64,000 nucleotides of DNA from Klebsormidium nitens. Lineage: Eukaryota > Plantae > Klebsormidiophyceae. Within the stretch, counting starts at the first letter, position 1, and each line of letters begins with the position of its first letter. The notes under the pieces are model-generated. The model searched no databases. It saw nothing but the letters and a program-made list of their open reading frames with translations, and had not been told where the DNA came from. Of the stretch, positions 46,647-60,753 are shown one piece after another. A program made the position numbers and the translations under genes. The DNA lies in contig DF237149.1 of assembly GCA_000708835.1 (NCBI GenBank), positions 83,939-147,938 on the forward strand, read 5' to 3'.

Positions 46647-49600
46647 CTGCAAAAAAGAAGCACAATTTTCAGAGAAAACATCGAACCCAGCGTTGTTCCC
46701 TGTTAGCGCTGACACAGTCGCCCTGTATCTGGTTGAAAGGGCACTTGAGAAGCTACAGGAAAGTCGTATCCCTGCTTTATGGTCCGCACAAGCATCGACC
46801 AAACTGTGGAAAAGTAAAACGCTGTTAAACAATACCTGTTCAGATAGGACCAGTCCTCCTTTCTGCAAGTGGAACAAGCTGGCCTCCAGCCTTGAAACTG
46901 GCGACTGGATGTGAAACTGTTCAGAAAGGCCCCCATTAGAAAGAAAGAGGTTCAGATTCGAGCGCCCTTTAGAGAGAGAATTGCGAATCCAACAGAGAGA
47001 GGGGCAAGTACATTTCATCGCTTGGTGACGATCTTCCGGTGGCTCTTCAAACTTAAGCAAACCCCCAGACGACTCTGGAAATAGTCAACGCTGGCCTAAG
47101 CCTGTCAGGGCAGCACTCTGACCCTCCAGCGTCCCCTTGGCAACGCTAATTCTGCAAGAGATGAGGCTCGAACACCGGAAACAAGTGCTGAAAGATGCAA
47201 TGCATGTAAACGAGCCCTACATGAAGCAAGGGAGGCTACGCGCTCTTTCTTTCCCGGGCCGACACTTTCGATACTTTGGATTGTGCCGTTCTTTTTGGAG
47301 GCACAGGAACAAGGACGCATGAACAAACCCCGAGAGCGTCACCTATCCTCGACCATCACAGCAACGAATTGGAGACCTTAACCGGAGAAATTCCTCAAAA
47401 TGTTGAAATATATGTCTCCCGTCTGTGAAGTGCAACATATCATCCTCGAACAGTGTGTAAATGATATTCCCATAAACTAAAAAACCTTGAAGAAAACCAG
47501 ATAGGCAACAAGCAGATAAATGACATCCATGGCAGCTCAAGCCTTACCTTTAAGAACAATGCTCTCTTCCCCTCCGCCCATGGCTTGAAGCTGTTGAGGC
47601 CTCTTCACTGAGTTCCACGAAAGTACCTGAACTCAGCGAAGATTATGTCAGTAGCATGCATCTTGCTTTCCTCTGGCGATGAAGGCTCCGGCACTCTGTG
47701 CATGTGGGTTGAAAGCCAAGGCTGCAAGAGAGCAAGGTTACTCTCATGCAAAAACATCTTGCAACTTCTGGGTTGAAGCAAGATCGAGTAACTGAGCCTC
47801 CTTGCATTTCACTGTCTATGGGGCTGCCCTTTTAAGGCGTTTGCTCTTTGACCAAGTGGACACACAAGAACCAAAAAGGGCAACTGATTACACCCCAGTG
47901 CCTCTCCAAGCTTGTAAGTGATTTGCAGGTGTAAATAGCAGTCTTAATCGCAATATCTGTCAAGAGTCACCTTTGTCTTCCAGGTAAGATCACAGTAGAA
48001 GAATCTCTGAAGATACTGAGATAAGGATTTCAATGTGAATGCCATGGATCACAAGCTTCGCAAAAATGCACAGAGCTCAAGACATTTGCCAGCCTGCTAG
48101 TACACCCCCACTTCAGGCCTGCAAGATTTGTGCAATGAACCACCATTGGTGTCATCAAAGGTCAGGGGTCTGCTCGGCACCTTTCCTTTCCTTTTCCTGT
48201 TGTGTTCCTCTTTTGTTTTTGTGGCCGCAGCCAAGCATTCTTCCAGAAATTGAGCAAGAAAGTATAGCAAGAAAACAAGCATGTTGTTTGCATGAAGTGT
48301 CCTGCTTTTGCCACTCAGCTTGTGTAAGAGACAATTGAAGCTCAAAGGAAGATACCCTTGGGAGTAACAACCAACAATGTCTACACAAGGATTGCTTACA
48401 AGCCAGGATTATCACAGCATTGTATGGACAATGCAAGAGATATTCGTGAGCTAGAGAGTGTTTGTGAGGGAACCCTTGCTGCTTCTGAGGGTGTTCTGGA
48501 AAACAGGTTTTTACTTGTGATTGTTGGACTGTGAAGGGTGCAGCTAGTCATGTCATACAGTACCCCACCAAAAAGAGTACCCCTAAAAGAGACGACTGAA
48601 CAACAATCGCACTTTATGCACTTGAAGAGAAGCAGCAACACTGGTCAAGCTACGCAAAAGAATGCTGGCTGTTTGCAGCACACCGCAGCGTGCGAAAGAG
48701 TGTCACCTCCACAGCACATTTTTGTCAGAAACCTCAAACATAATAAAGAGTTCCTTACCTTCCAAAGGAAACAAATCCTGCCAGCAACAAATGCACCGCC
48801 CTCCGCACCCTTCACAATATTGCGGTCCTTGCTTTTGTTCTTAGGAGCTACGGCAAGCTCTGGCAAGCTTTCGCAAGCTGAACTTTTGAAGCGGGGCTTG
48901 AAGCTGAACAGCCCTGAAGCCAGCCAGAATGTTGAAGGTGAACAAAGACAAGACTGTTCAAACTTGAAAGGAGGGAGCGCGCTAAGAGCAAGCTCAAGAA
49001 GGAAGAGGGTTCGTCACCTTCGCCCCTATCCGGCAGCCGCCGGCGCCGAAGGGACTGCCCTCTGAGACTTCCAAAAGTAGTAACGCCTTCCATATAGAAC
49101 TGAGCAAACGTTACATGAGGGATACCGAGATTCCGATGAACCGGCAAGTTGCGCGTCAGCTCTGACGAACGGGTGCTGGTGGGTGGAGGCAGGTGCATGA
49201 CTTGATATCACTGCAAGCTAAGTAGCTTGAAGTGCCATCAAATTGGAAGAGGGTGAACTGCAAACAACGCAGATAGGCGCACTTAGCGTGGCTTTTCTAG
49301 CTCCCAATTTCGTGACGGTGCATTGTGGTGGCCTTTACGAGGCTGCCTTCGTCTTCCGTGGCGTTGTGCTTTGAAAGACATCAGCTGAGTCGAAGTTTGT
49401 CAAGATCGACAACGTCTGAAAGCACCGCATCTGGCAGGGAAGGGGCGCTAACTTGAGAGCAAGAGTTCGACCAAACTCGTGCATTCTGCCCTTCTTGACT
49501 GCTAGCGTTGAGTCTTGACGTCAAGTTCTGGAGGAAAGCAATAGCCCTTGGGATGTTAATTGCTGATTGCTGATTATTTCATCACCAGCGCATGCTCTGT

Positions 49601-49698
49601 GGAGAGCTCTTTGGACACCATGCGCGGAGAAGGTCAGACACTGTGATCAACTTAGACTTCACCGCTTGATAGGATCAGTAAGCTCAGCAGAGGGCGTC

Positions 49699-51986
49699 AT
49701 GGCTTACTCAAATGTGGCGCTGATGGTTGCAATAGCAGTAGCCTTCTTCCCAGCGCTGGGGAGCGGACAAGCTGACGCGCAGAGTCTTCCTGGACTGAGG
49801 AGCTTCCGAAGTGGATTGGGGACAGGATATCATCAGAATGAAGCTGCATTTGCAGCTGAGAGAGAAGGCGGTGCAGCGAGAACTAGGGACTCACTTCATT
49901 CGGCGAGATATAGCATAACTGGAGTCTTTCAGAGAAAGGCAATCCTTTTGGATGAACTGCTGGATTATAGCAGCTGGACAATTTGTCCAGACAGCGAGTT
50001 CCTGTCCGCTGACATCATGCACACGTCAAGAATTGAAAGCACCCTCCTTCTGACCAATGGAACATATAAAAGCCAGATTGCTGAGCTCAGGCGGGATGTC
50101 ATCCACGGGCGTCACTGCTTGCGCTCCACGCTCAACGCTTACAGCCAATCTGAAAAGAAGTACGCCAATCTGATGGAGAAGTACGAATCGCTCCGGAGCG
50201 AGAAGGAGAAGGTCGAGAAACAGTTGCGCGAGAATCAGAGTAGGCGTGTGGAGAGGGTCCTTCTCTGGACAGTGATCATCTGTGGAGTAGCCTACTTTCT
50301 TGCGCGGACCAAGCTTGGAGCTGTGCTCACTTTTTTGAGCAAAGCGACAGGTAGGTAACCTGTTCTCAGGAGTTGCTCGTCCTCAAACTGGTCATAGAGT
50401 TTCTGCTTCTAGAGTGTCTTCCTCTGTTTTGCAGCAACGACAAAGGGTATTTCTTTCTGGACACACCCAGGAGAAGTCACCGTCTGAGCATGGAAGTTTT
50501 GTGCCTGTTCAGGACCATCTCTTCTTGAATGTTTCTTTCACTCTTGAGCGCGACGAGCCGAGAGGGCAACAACCTCCAATCAAGCCAAACTTTGACAGAG
50601 TCCCTTGATTGCGTTGTGGTCCTTCTGGTCCATTTGAATGCTTTCTGAGTGGTCTGCTGTGAGTCCATTTTGCCTGCTTTTCTCATCAACACCAATTCAT
50701 GATGGACAGAACCGAAACGTAATAAGTGTATGATTCGCCAGGTCTGTGCATCCCTTTCCATGGACAATACTTATATGTTGAGCTTGGTTACGCTGCGTTC
50801 AACAGTTGCAACATCAGAATTGCTTTCTGACTCAATCACAGGCAGCGGTATACAGATTGATTTGCAGCGCACGAAATCTTTTCCCTGGCGTTTTTCATGT
50901 ACCCACTCTTATGTACCCACTCTTACAAACCTTTCAGATGTTCTTGAATCCCCACTCTGCAGGACATAGCCAGCCTCAGCATCGGCCACTAACTTCAGAA
51001 CAAGCGAGTCGCCACTTGGACCTACTCTGGGGAGAGAACAACGACAAGTACCCTGGCTCCGGGGCCCTGTTCGTGGAGAGCCAATCAGACCCAAGCCAGT
51101 TCTACCTGCTGGTCCCCGTCAACCTCAGCGCAGGGAGGCCTTTCGCGCTCTTCGGAACGGGAGGCGACTACGAATCGGACTTGGAAAAAGCGAAGGCTTA
51201 TGGTGAGTTCGTTCTGGGCACTGAGTTGCCCTTGGCTGTCTAAGAGGATGGCATACGAAATGGTGACTGCATTGATCAGTAGAGTCAGGCCGTGGTTTTC
51301 TTTCCCATTTGTAAACGCAGTCCCGTACAAGACTTGAGGGTGTGTGGAAAACGGCAGCTTCTCGTTGCTCATGTTTCGGGTTAATGAGAAGGTTGTTGAG
51401 AAGGTTAATGAGAAGGTTAATGAGAAGGTTAATGAGAAGGTTAATGAGAAGGTAGCACCTTCCGGGCTGCCATCTTGGAGGTCGGACGGTCGCTACGGAC
51501 GACCTTCGTATCTCTGTTCGGCATCGTGCTCAATCAATCGAAACAATTCGTCAACCCCGTGAGAACTCTCCGGTATACCTACTTTTCCCCAGGCTAGACC
51601 TTTTTCTGAAACAAAGTTGCTCAAACCAAGTAATGCATTTGCTTACCGACACGGCTCACGTGTGCGGATGCATCGAATCCTGAACGTCCTTCCGCTCTTC
51701 CCATGCAGTGGCCGGACGGAGTAGGGGCCGGCTCTCCATCATTCTCTATAAGCACGGGGGCAGCCTGTTCGAGGCCCAAGAACTGAAGCGGGTCGAGTGG
51801 GTGCACGGAAGCATCTTCTCCGTGGTCGGGAGGACCACCGGGGTCAAGTTGCTACTATTAGTAGCGCACGAAAGGCTCTCGGGTTATTGTCCGGCAGTTT
51901 GGGATAGCGCGGGCGACTCGGAATGGGTGACTGACCTTCTTACGCGAGAAGCATGGGGCATGACCTTCTTGCGTGACCACCAATGA
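49699..51986 (+). CDS. Hypothetical membrane protein (signal peptide, coiled coil, TM helix, C-terminal globular region), about 389 aa
   Basis: Exons 49699-50350, 50963-51202 and 51709-51986 join in phase (1,170 nt). MAYSNVALMVAIAVAFFPALG signal-like segment; KKYANLMEKYESLRSEKEKVEKQLRE coiled coil; VLLWTVIICGVAYFLA TM segment. Confidence 0.7.
51379..51453 (+). repeat. 12-bp tandem repeat (ggttaatgagaa), about 6 copies, intronic
   Basis: Directly visible; it produces the VNEK-repeat artefact in ORF 51344-51562. Confidence 0.95.
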
Positions 51987-53403
51987 TCGAGGTGACTTCC
52001 TATAGGACAGACAGGTTTAAAGCGGCCCGGCGGTCCATCGCGCTAGTGCTGTATGATAAGCCATGGATGAGTTCAGCCGATGTCGAGGGCTTGACTCAGA
52101 TTGTTTCCGGCTTGGCTTCCCTGGACGTTATTGAGCCTTAAACCGGCGAATCCTGGTGAAAGCCAATGGAAGTACATTCGATCTGCAACTCAGGATGTAG
52201 ACCGTGTCCGAGCGTGCAGAGTTCAGGCAAGTGAGATAGACCAATCTCTTGGCATGAAGGCGCCGTGACATGGCGCCACCCGGGCGGGATGACTTAAACC
52301 GCATGCATGATGCACATGGGGTTTGCAGATTGCGGATGACAATGAACGGCTTATACAAGCTCAGGGTACATGTGACATTTTGGATTCGCCATCCGATGTC
52401 CAGTGTCCGCGGTCCATTGTTGCGGTGGGCAGCACAATTTGGAGCTAATTATATAAGCAATTGCCACGTGACAAGTTTGCAGTGCAAGACCTACATTGAA
52501 AGACGGTCGACAGCTATGCATTTTTGATTGCTCTGACTGAATACTGCGAATGATGATTATTGAAATGGTAATTTCAACATTGGGATATCTACGGTGCTTT
52601 ATTTGATATCATATGCCGGACCGCAGAAGATTCATGAAGCTGCCGCACGCAATGGTTTAATCCCGTATCAACGTCTTGTCGCTGTCTTTCTTCCGGCTAC
52701 CATCCACTTGCACTTCTGATTCGTCACTTGTCTTTTTGAAAATGTCGTGCTGAGTACATGCAGCCCGCCTATGACTGCATGAGTAAGCGAGCAACGAGAA
52801 CGGTTCGAGGGCATGGCGCCGACCAATGACGCCCTTGAGCATCGCCCAGACATCTGAAAGGTTCACTAAACCAGTCAATACTGATTTGCTGTACGTTGGC
52901 GACGACGGCAATGTGCAGACACTCGGAAAGGCTCTTGTTATTGGAGACAGCTTGCCTTGCTCTAAGTAGCTCAATCATTCGAAGGGCGTCCAATCACGAC
53001 GGTCTGCGGGCATATTGGCGCGAGCGGGCGGCCGCTATCCGAGTCTGCCGCGTTTGACGGTCACTTCTGACGGGCGCTTTATGTTTAACGCTGCCTATCC
53101 GAAATTGCACATACGACCGAGAACTTCGGACACACACCCAGCATATGTGGACACTTGAGATAAGATTTGTCTTCTTGTTGTGGAACACTCCAATCAGCAC
53201 TTCGACACTTACCTATAAGCAGGCCCCCACGTGCAGTCACGGCGCCGGCGCTGTTAGCTCTTATCGACGTACGTATTTAGCTTGACAAGCGTCTTCAACT
53301 CAGTGGACTCTGAGTTCTTGGTGGCTTGTGCAACTTTGCACTGTTGAGTTTAGCGCACGACAGTGAAAGCGGCTCCTTTTAGAGTCCAAAACATACGTCA
53401 ACT

Positions 53404-55593
53404 ATGTTGGGAATGGAGTCTTCCCAAGCTCCCACGGTTCTGAGAACAAACTCCGGCGGTGAAGCGCTCGACTTTAACGAGGTGCGTATAACTGTAGCGT
53501 TATATTCCAGTGTGCGGCGTGATCTTCTGGACAAATGCTTTTGTTCACAAACTTCCTGCTGCCTGCTTGCGCACTCGTCTTGCAATTTCCCCAGATCTTT
53601 TGGTTGTCGAGCAGACCAGCCTAGCGCTGGATCAGTGGTCGAAGACCTGGCTGACGCCTTTGAAACCCTGATACCAACTGGAACAAACTGTTGCTCAATC
53701 TGCAAAACAGCTTGACACCGTCTTGGGCAGGCTAGACAGTTTCAAGAGGTCTATTGTGTATCAGCACTCCTCACAATGGGTCGATGACTCAAAGAGCTGG
53801 CTAACCTGTGCTCCCACTGCCTCTGTTGTACCGATGTGTAAGTCATTATTTTGTGTGCCCGGCCCACTCTTGCAGGCCGCATCACTAACTCCGGAGCAGG
53901 AAGCCCGCCTACAGGAGCTGTCCCAGAGCCAGGATCCGGATAACTTTGATGTGAGTCATCCGTCAGCCCCAACCATCTGCAGCAAGGGGGCATCAGCCTA
54001 TATATGCGTTGTTCAGATCACTTACCAGAAGCAGATTGTCTGTTTGGTTTATCAGTTGCGTGTGTTTATGCAGAGGAGTTTGTGGCCTTGGCGGAGGTAT
54101 CGGAGACGATAGACTCGTAGCCTAAATCGCTCGTCAACATCATCTGTTTGGCTTGATTATTTCAGAGAAGCGAAGCCTCTCTTTGGTGTTTCTAGTCGTG
54201 ACTTTAGCGCTTTTCTTCTTTTTACCCAATCTTCTTCTTTTTTAGCATTGACTGCTGTAACATTGCTTTTTTCTTTGTTTTGCTTATTCGTAAGCTACGC
54301 TTGCTCGGACTTTTCAGTAATAAATGTTTCTATACATTCAAAATCTTGTGCCGAAGTCTGTGGCCCTGGTGAAGGGATTGGAAAGGCGGACCCAGGGCCT
54401 GATACTCTTGTGAAAGGCACAGCGTCTGTTCGGTTTGTTCAGTCGTGTGAGTTTCGTACAGGACTTTGCAGCCTTAGGTGAAGGGTTCGGGAAGACAAAC
54501 GCCTGACCCACTTGCCAGAAGCACGTGCACAGCGTTTCCTTGACTCGATTTGTTCACTTGCCATGTCGTTGTGCAGTCTGTTTGTTTTAAGTTGTACAGT
54601 CGTGTATTCTATCTGCAGGAGTTTGGGTCCTTGGTGGAGAATTTGGGGTGGACGGACCCAGATCGGGCGTTCCGCACCTATGTGCAGTGGTATCGTCGCC
54701 AGGACTACATGAACCAGAGAGATCTGGTAAGTGCAACACTGGCTCGTCGATAAGGCGCTCACATGTGGATATTCAAAGCCCCTTCAGGACTGGATGACAG
54801 GTTTTTCATCCGCCAGAATATTCTTTGGCGATATTCTCAGAGACGGCTGATAGGACCATCGGCCGCTCACGGTGTGATGAGACTGGCAAGGTTTTTCTTT
54901 TCCGCGGGATGCATTTCTGAAGGAGATGAGATTAAGCCGAGTTTGGGGAGCGCTCTACTCGGGAAGGCTCGCCCAAAAACCCAGACGAGGACCCCGCTAT
55001 GAGTGCCCTTTCTCTTGCTCTGGCTGCACTTGCTTGCATGTAACAGCCTCATGCCTTAGAGACAAATTGTCAACGTAACAAAGCGCCCCCGACGCAGAAG
55101 GATTGCCCATGCACTGGAGTACTTGACTCGCTTCGTCTGGGCCAGCTCATGTTGCCTCGAAAACTTTCGAACTTTCGAATAGTCTTCTAGTTGCAGCTGG
55201 AGGGGGAGGCGCTTCGCTCTTCGTTCATGAAAGCGCTGGCTGCTTGTCATCACCACAACGCGGGAAAGCATCTGAGAGACAGGAACGTGAGTTTGCGCAA
55301 GCCCTTATTTCCTCCCTCTGCATCCAGGACCTGACGTAAGACATGTATCGGCTGAAAACGCGGCGTAAGAAGTGTTTTTTTGCGGTCATTCCATTCACTC
55401 AACACGTCACCCCACGTTGTTGCAGATAGCCCTCACTCCTCGGGCCGTCTTCTACCCCCCGACTTCTCATCCTGGATTTGGGACCCCTTCGGCAGATGAG
55501 TACGGAAGAAAATTCCCAACCGACCTCATCTTGTCCCGGAACCAGATCTTGAAATCAAACGATTGTCTATCGACGGAAAAGGATAGTCCGTAA
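53404..55593 (+). CDS. Small hypothetical protein (about 140 aa, 4 exons)
   Basis: Phase-0 exons 53404/53413-53481, 53876-53950, 54619-54726 and 55426-55593 have consensus GT/AG sites and read ...FGSLVENLGWTDPDRAFRTYVQWYRRQDYMNQRDL|IALTPRAVFYPPTSHPGFG... No family recognised. Confidence 0.6.
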
Positions 55594-56473
55594 GCTCCGC
55601 CTTGAAGTCCAAGGGCCTGACTCTGAAACAGGTGACAATGGTTTATGCGGAATGAAGCGGGTACATTCAAGACCGAATTCTCAGATCACGGATTATCTCG
55701 AGATGCGTTATGAAACGATCTCTTTAAGCATGTCTTCTTTGTCATACGGATCTGGAAATGCTGTTTGAACTGCACATACTATGTGTCGCCCAGTTTACTC
55801 CAAGACTGTTGTCCGGAGCGTGGCACAGTTCAAGCAGTGGTTCGAACCGTGCATCATGCAGGTGATTGCTTCAAGATCGGTGCGCGCTATCGCAAGCAAT
55901 AGAAACGTCGCAGTGCCGCTCCCGCGTCTGTATATGCTCTTCATCATACAGTAGCCTCGACGACGGGTCCTGTGAGATCAGTACTGTAGCTGCGTTTCCA
56001 TCAATGCGTCCTGCTCTATATCTCGCGAGCAATGAGTATATAAGCTCACAGCATTTCTCAACTGGAATCCTAGACAGTTGGGCCGCAATCTTATGCGGAG
56101 GGACGGTTGCACACGGAGCTCCAATTGATGCTCCTACATTCGCGTGTCGATAAAACCTCTGGGCATCTGGGTTTGTGCATCACGGGTCATCAAACTCTTT
56201 TTGGTCTTCCGATTTTATGAACTATTCTAGCTTTCAAAAAATTCATGTGCCCATGACGACATTCACGATATTGTCAGCTTCAAGCTGCAAAGGTTGCTTG
56301 AAAGTCTGAGCCGTCGATGAGGGAGCGTCGTATGACCCAAACGCCTCGGCGACCAGATTGGCCGTATACGTATGCCTGGGACTAACGGGTCGCTAAATCC
56401 AGTGCAATTTGTGAAGTCCTCGGCGGCACGAGGACGGGAATTTCGCCGAAGGGGCCGCCGCGGAACCACGTGG

Positions 56474-59400
56474 CTAGACGCCCTCGTTGAGAACAAGGCC
56501 CGTGTCCTGCTGCAGACCCAACTCGGACAGCGTGGCTGTTTTGTCCGAAAGGGCCGCTGTGGGAAACGTGGTAGCCAGTGTGAACGCGCCCGTTTGGGTT
56601 CATTCCTTGCCGACTGCGTTGCTCTTGCGCCTGCGAGGAAACGGATGGTAGTTTGAATTCCTGGTTTGCAAAATTGTTTCGATTATGGTAACGCATTCGG
56701 GTACTCTGTTGGGCTTCTTGACAAGACTCTGAGATTTGTAGGACGAAAGGCCGTCAGATAGACCTTTGCTGACGCTATTCGGTCGCAAGATTGTCCACGG
56801 ACGTCACAAGTGACGATCGAAAGAATATCCCAAGCATATTTTCGAGGCGCTTGCCCAACTCCACAACTGCCGACAAATGCCCTGCAAGCGCACAGGACAG
56901 GACTTCCCCCTCATATTCCACGTTCTAGATTCCGTCAGCTGCAAACTGCAGACAAAGTTGAAAGCTGACAGCCACCAGAAATGTCTGCTTCCAGTCCTTG
57001 CGGCTCCCCGAAACCGTCGGAACAAGGAAATCCGGAAAGGAGTTTTGATCTCAGTTTTGCTTTCGCTATCGAGTCCCGGTGCGTACCTCAGCTTCTCAAC
57101 GGTCTCGTACAGCTGTCCGACCGTCGCGCCCACCGGGAGCTCCACCACCCAGGCCAAACCCTCCAAACCCCGCACCTTCAACCGCACCGCGGCCCGCGAC
57201 GCCTCCTTGTCGCTGCCACGTTGCAAATCTAAACTTTCCTTCCCCGTTCCTCCTTTTTCGCTGTGCGCTTTCTGGTTCCTCTCCGTGGCGCTGACGTCAC
57301 CTGACGTCGACGCAGGGCCGCTGTCGGCCGATGCTCTGGGGGTGCTCTTCTCGTCCGGAGCGCGCTTGCCCGGCGCGCTCTCGCGGCCGCGCGCGCGCGC
57401 GCGCGCTCTTTCAGAGGGGCGCAGAAGATGCGCGATCTCGCCGCGGACGTCGATCAGCTTTCCACCGCGGATCACTCTCTTGGGCAGTCGGTCCAAGAAC
57501 TCTTCCCGCGTGAGGGGTGCAGATTCGCAGAGACTTTGGCCCCCCCCAGTGAGTGCATCGGCTCTGAACAGGCCGTCTGACGTCGGTGCGAGGATCGGAT
57601 GTGGTTCCACGCAACTCGAACTATTTGCTTCTTGTGACGTCAGCTCGTCAGCAACGCTGGGCGGCTCGTCGACCGACGGCTTCATTGAGACGCTGCTAGT
57701 AGAAAGTGAGGTTATCACCTTTCCGCTTCCCTCTTCCGCCGCCGAAGCGGAAAGTCCGTTTCCAAATCCGCTTGCCAGACTTATCCGGCCCCCTTCAATC
57801 CCGCCCTTCCTTCCGCCCTCCGTTCCCTTTGGTTCGTTCCGCTCCATCCCGTTCTCCCTGCTGACGAGCACCCGCTTCTCCCCCCGGAACGGCTGGAAAG
57901 GAAGCGTGAAGCGTTCCGCGCTCCGGTCGACGAGGCGCAGCGGAACGCCGTCCGGGTGGGTCCCCTTCAGTTCGTACGGAAAGAAGCCGTCCAAAATGTC
58001 CGCGAGCAGGGAGCGCGCCGCGGGCGAGCCTGCGGGCCGGAACTCCGTTCCGTTGCCGAGCTGGATTCCGTTGGCGTAGATGGTGAGCGGGATGCTGGCC
58101 GGCTCCTGTCAGCAAGGACATCAGAACTTGAAAAGTTTGAAACAAGAAGGGAGGGAAGACGAAGTCTGTAATAATGGTCTTGGAGCTCGTGTGGACAGGC
58201 AGCTTGCGACAGTCAGTACCTAGACTTTTCAAGTCGCTACTGCAGAAAAACCTTCGTCTTTCTGTGAAATCTCTGCAAAGGCTGATTACCAGCTTTTGAT
58301 ATTGTAAACCCCTCGATTATGTCGAAAAAGATAAGCAAACGCTGTCCTCGACAAATTACCTATACTGTGGCAGGCTAAATAAAAGAGAGAACGAAAAGCA
58401 GGCAGGAGGGCGGGACTGAAAACCAGACACCAGATCATTTTACCACTCCCTATAGGAACAAAGAGGCTGTTTTTTTTAGCTTGTGTCACGCTGCAAGCTT
58501 GTCCCTTTCTCTTAGCTTTCCGTTAGTGACCCTTTGCGACAGGCCGATCCTGGTGCATAGCTTATTCCCTGACCTGTAAGCGATGCTCCCGGCCGCCTGG
58601 GCTGGTCACAACGGTCGCGCCGCCTTCGTTCGCGAGCGCGTTCAGGCCGTCGATCGCTTCCTCAACGCACGGATATCGATACTCTCATCGCGCTTTTCCA
58701 GGGGGTTTGACGACTTTCGGACGATGTCGGACGAGCTTTTCTCCGCTGGGTTCAGCGTCCGCTGCCTCTGGCAAGGCACGTCCAACTTTGCCGGTTTCAT
58801 GGTCCCGTGTCTTGCGGAGATGGGGCTCGACAGGTTTTCGGTTGGTTGTCTTGACACAGCGTCAGGGCTCGAGAACTTTGGGCTCGAAGCGTTTTGCAAC
58901 TTAGCCTCCGTCGAGGAAACCTTTCCGTTCTGCTCTTCGAGGTGCGCTGCTAACCAGGACGGAACAGAAACGGAAGGCGTTTTGGTAGACAGAGTTCTGT
59001 GGGCAATTTCATTCGTACGCGCCGGTCTGTCGTTTCCCGGGCCCATAACCGGAGCCCAGGACATAGAGGGTCCCCACTGCTCTTCTCCAATTGCACTCCC
59101 CGGGCGCTTTTCTAGTGACTCAGACCCTGGGCAAGCCTGCCCGGAAGAGGAAACCGCTTACTGGGGTGGGTGTTCCCAACCCACGTTAAGCCGTAGTCCG
59201 CCAGAAAGGCCTTCATCTCGCCCACTTTTTCCATCAATCGGTTCACTTTCCGTCGCAGTCTTTCCGCTTCCTTGCTGTCACCCACTCCTCCCGACTCGGC
59301 ACTCGTCTGGCCTGCGGATACGCCTGTCCCTTCGGCTCAGCCGCGACTTCACTGCTGACCCCTGTCTCGAACCCGCTTCCGTTCTTGGCTGTAAGTTCAG

Positions 59401-60753
59401 TCTTACAGTCGCTCTTAAATCCACCTTCGCTACCGGAAGAAAACCCGGTCTCGACGTTGACCCCGTTCTCCGTAAAGGCACTCTCATTCGCCACCTCCCG
59501 AACCAGACCCTCCGTCCCTTCCCCTTTCTCCACCTTTGCGCTTCCGCTCCCCTCTCTGCGCAGCGCTGCATTTTCGTGCTCCAAGTTCTTAACCCGCTCC
59601 TGTAACTTCCGCACAGACCTGGCCATCTCGACCAACTCCTTTTCCCTCCTCCGAATTTTCTCTAGCAGCCCCTCCTCTCGGTTAGCGTTCTCCGATTAGC
59701 TCTGCCAGCTGTCGTGTCTGTTCAGCCAATAAACGCCGCACCTCCGCTTCACGAGCTCTGCTTCCAGCCCGATCAGACTCAGTTTTGAACAGTTCTGCTT
59801 TGCCTCTGAACAGTTCCGCCTCCACTTTTGCAGTTTGCGGGTTAACTCGGTAACGAGACTCTCCGTTGGCCCGCCCGCCCACTTGAGCCCCTCGCCTTGA
59901 CAGCTGGCAATCGAGACGGCGTCGCTAACTTCTGCTACATTTTCTACATTCGCAACTCCGAGGGTCGGATTTCCTTTCTCTCCACTCTTCTCTGCAGATC
60001 TCTCTTTCGTTCTGACCGTTGAACTAAGAGCGGCTGATATTTTTGAAAGCTCGTTTCGGGGCCAGTGCTCCCACTTGATGACCGCCGCCGCACCTCCGAA
60101 CCTGCCCTAACCTTCCTTGAACCCTTGCCTCTTAACCCATTGGTTTGGGTCTCTTCTTTCAACTCCATCTCAGTCTCGCCCCTGAAGCCCTTACTGTTCA
60201 ACCCACCCTGACCCGCTTCTAACTTTGTGACAGCTGTACCAATCTGGCGCGCATTGCCAAATGCGCTCGCAGGCTCCTTTCTCGCCAGAGGTGACGTCAC
60301 GCTCTCCCCGTCCGAAGAAGACCGTCCGGACACGCGCCCGCAATCCGGGAGGGCGATCAAAGTAGTCAGCGTCGGGGCATACGAGTCGCCAAAGACGTCG
60401 GGCGCAGCGCCGAAGCGCGCGTCCGATATTGCTGACGACGAATTGGGCTCCCAACTGCTCGAGAATAGTGGCCGTTGGCTCTTGGCTGACGCCACGCTCA
60501 ATTTTGACGTCATGCTCTTTGCTGACGTCATGCTGACAGCAGGCTTCCCAAGCTGGGCCTTTCCGGACTTCTTGCTTGCGGTACTGCTCGACTCTAGGGG
60601 CGCTACTAACGTGCTGGTCGGCGCCATCCTATCTTCCACTGCACGCCTCTCCTTTGACACCGGCATTACGACCGGTGCCAGCATTGGCCCTCGGTTTGGA
60701 CACAACAGAACGGTCCTGACTGGTGGGATTGCAAACGTCGGCGGCGGTGTCAA
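56474..60753 (-). pseudogene. UBXN11: UBXN11-like (coiled coil, SEP, UBX) gene disrupted by several frameshifts and one in-frame TGA; pseudogene or local consensus errors
   Basis: EMKAFLADYGLTWVG; EEAIDGLNALANEGG; IPLTIYANGIQL...LLADILDGFFPYELKGTHPDGVP (SEP); VRLKVRG...VGQLYETVEKL and FTLATTFP..LSDKTATLSELGL (UBX). The conserved blocks lie in different reading frames with no room for introns. Confidence 0.7.

Noticed and set aside
47100-49200. Possible upstream exons of the P-loop gene
   Set aside because: Several splice-like sites, but no phase-consistent, recognisable model could be supported.
52657-52860. Possible terminal exon on the minus strand (DVWAMLKG...TLIRD*)
   Set aside because: It has an acceptor-like site, but no upstream exons or motif could be linked.
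56600-56602. In-frame TGA as selenocysteine
   Set aside because: Not at a recognisable redox motif, no SECIS identified, and the gene has many other lesions.
56877-59605. 400-aa and 340-aa plus-strand ORFs
   Set aside because: Antisense shadows of the UBXN11-like coding sequence.
58660-60070. Programmed -1 ribosomal frameshifting or insertional RNA editing in the UBXN11-like gene
   Set aside because: No consistent slippery heptamers, too many sites, and sequencing error or decay is simpler.
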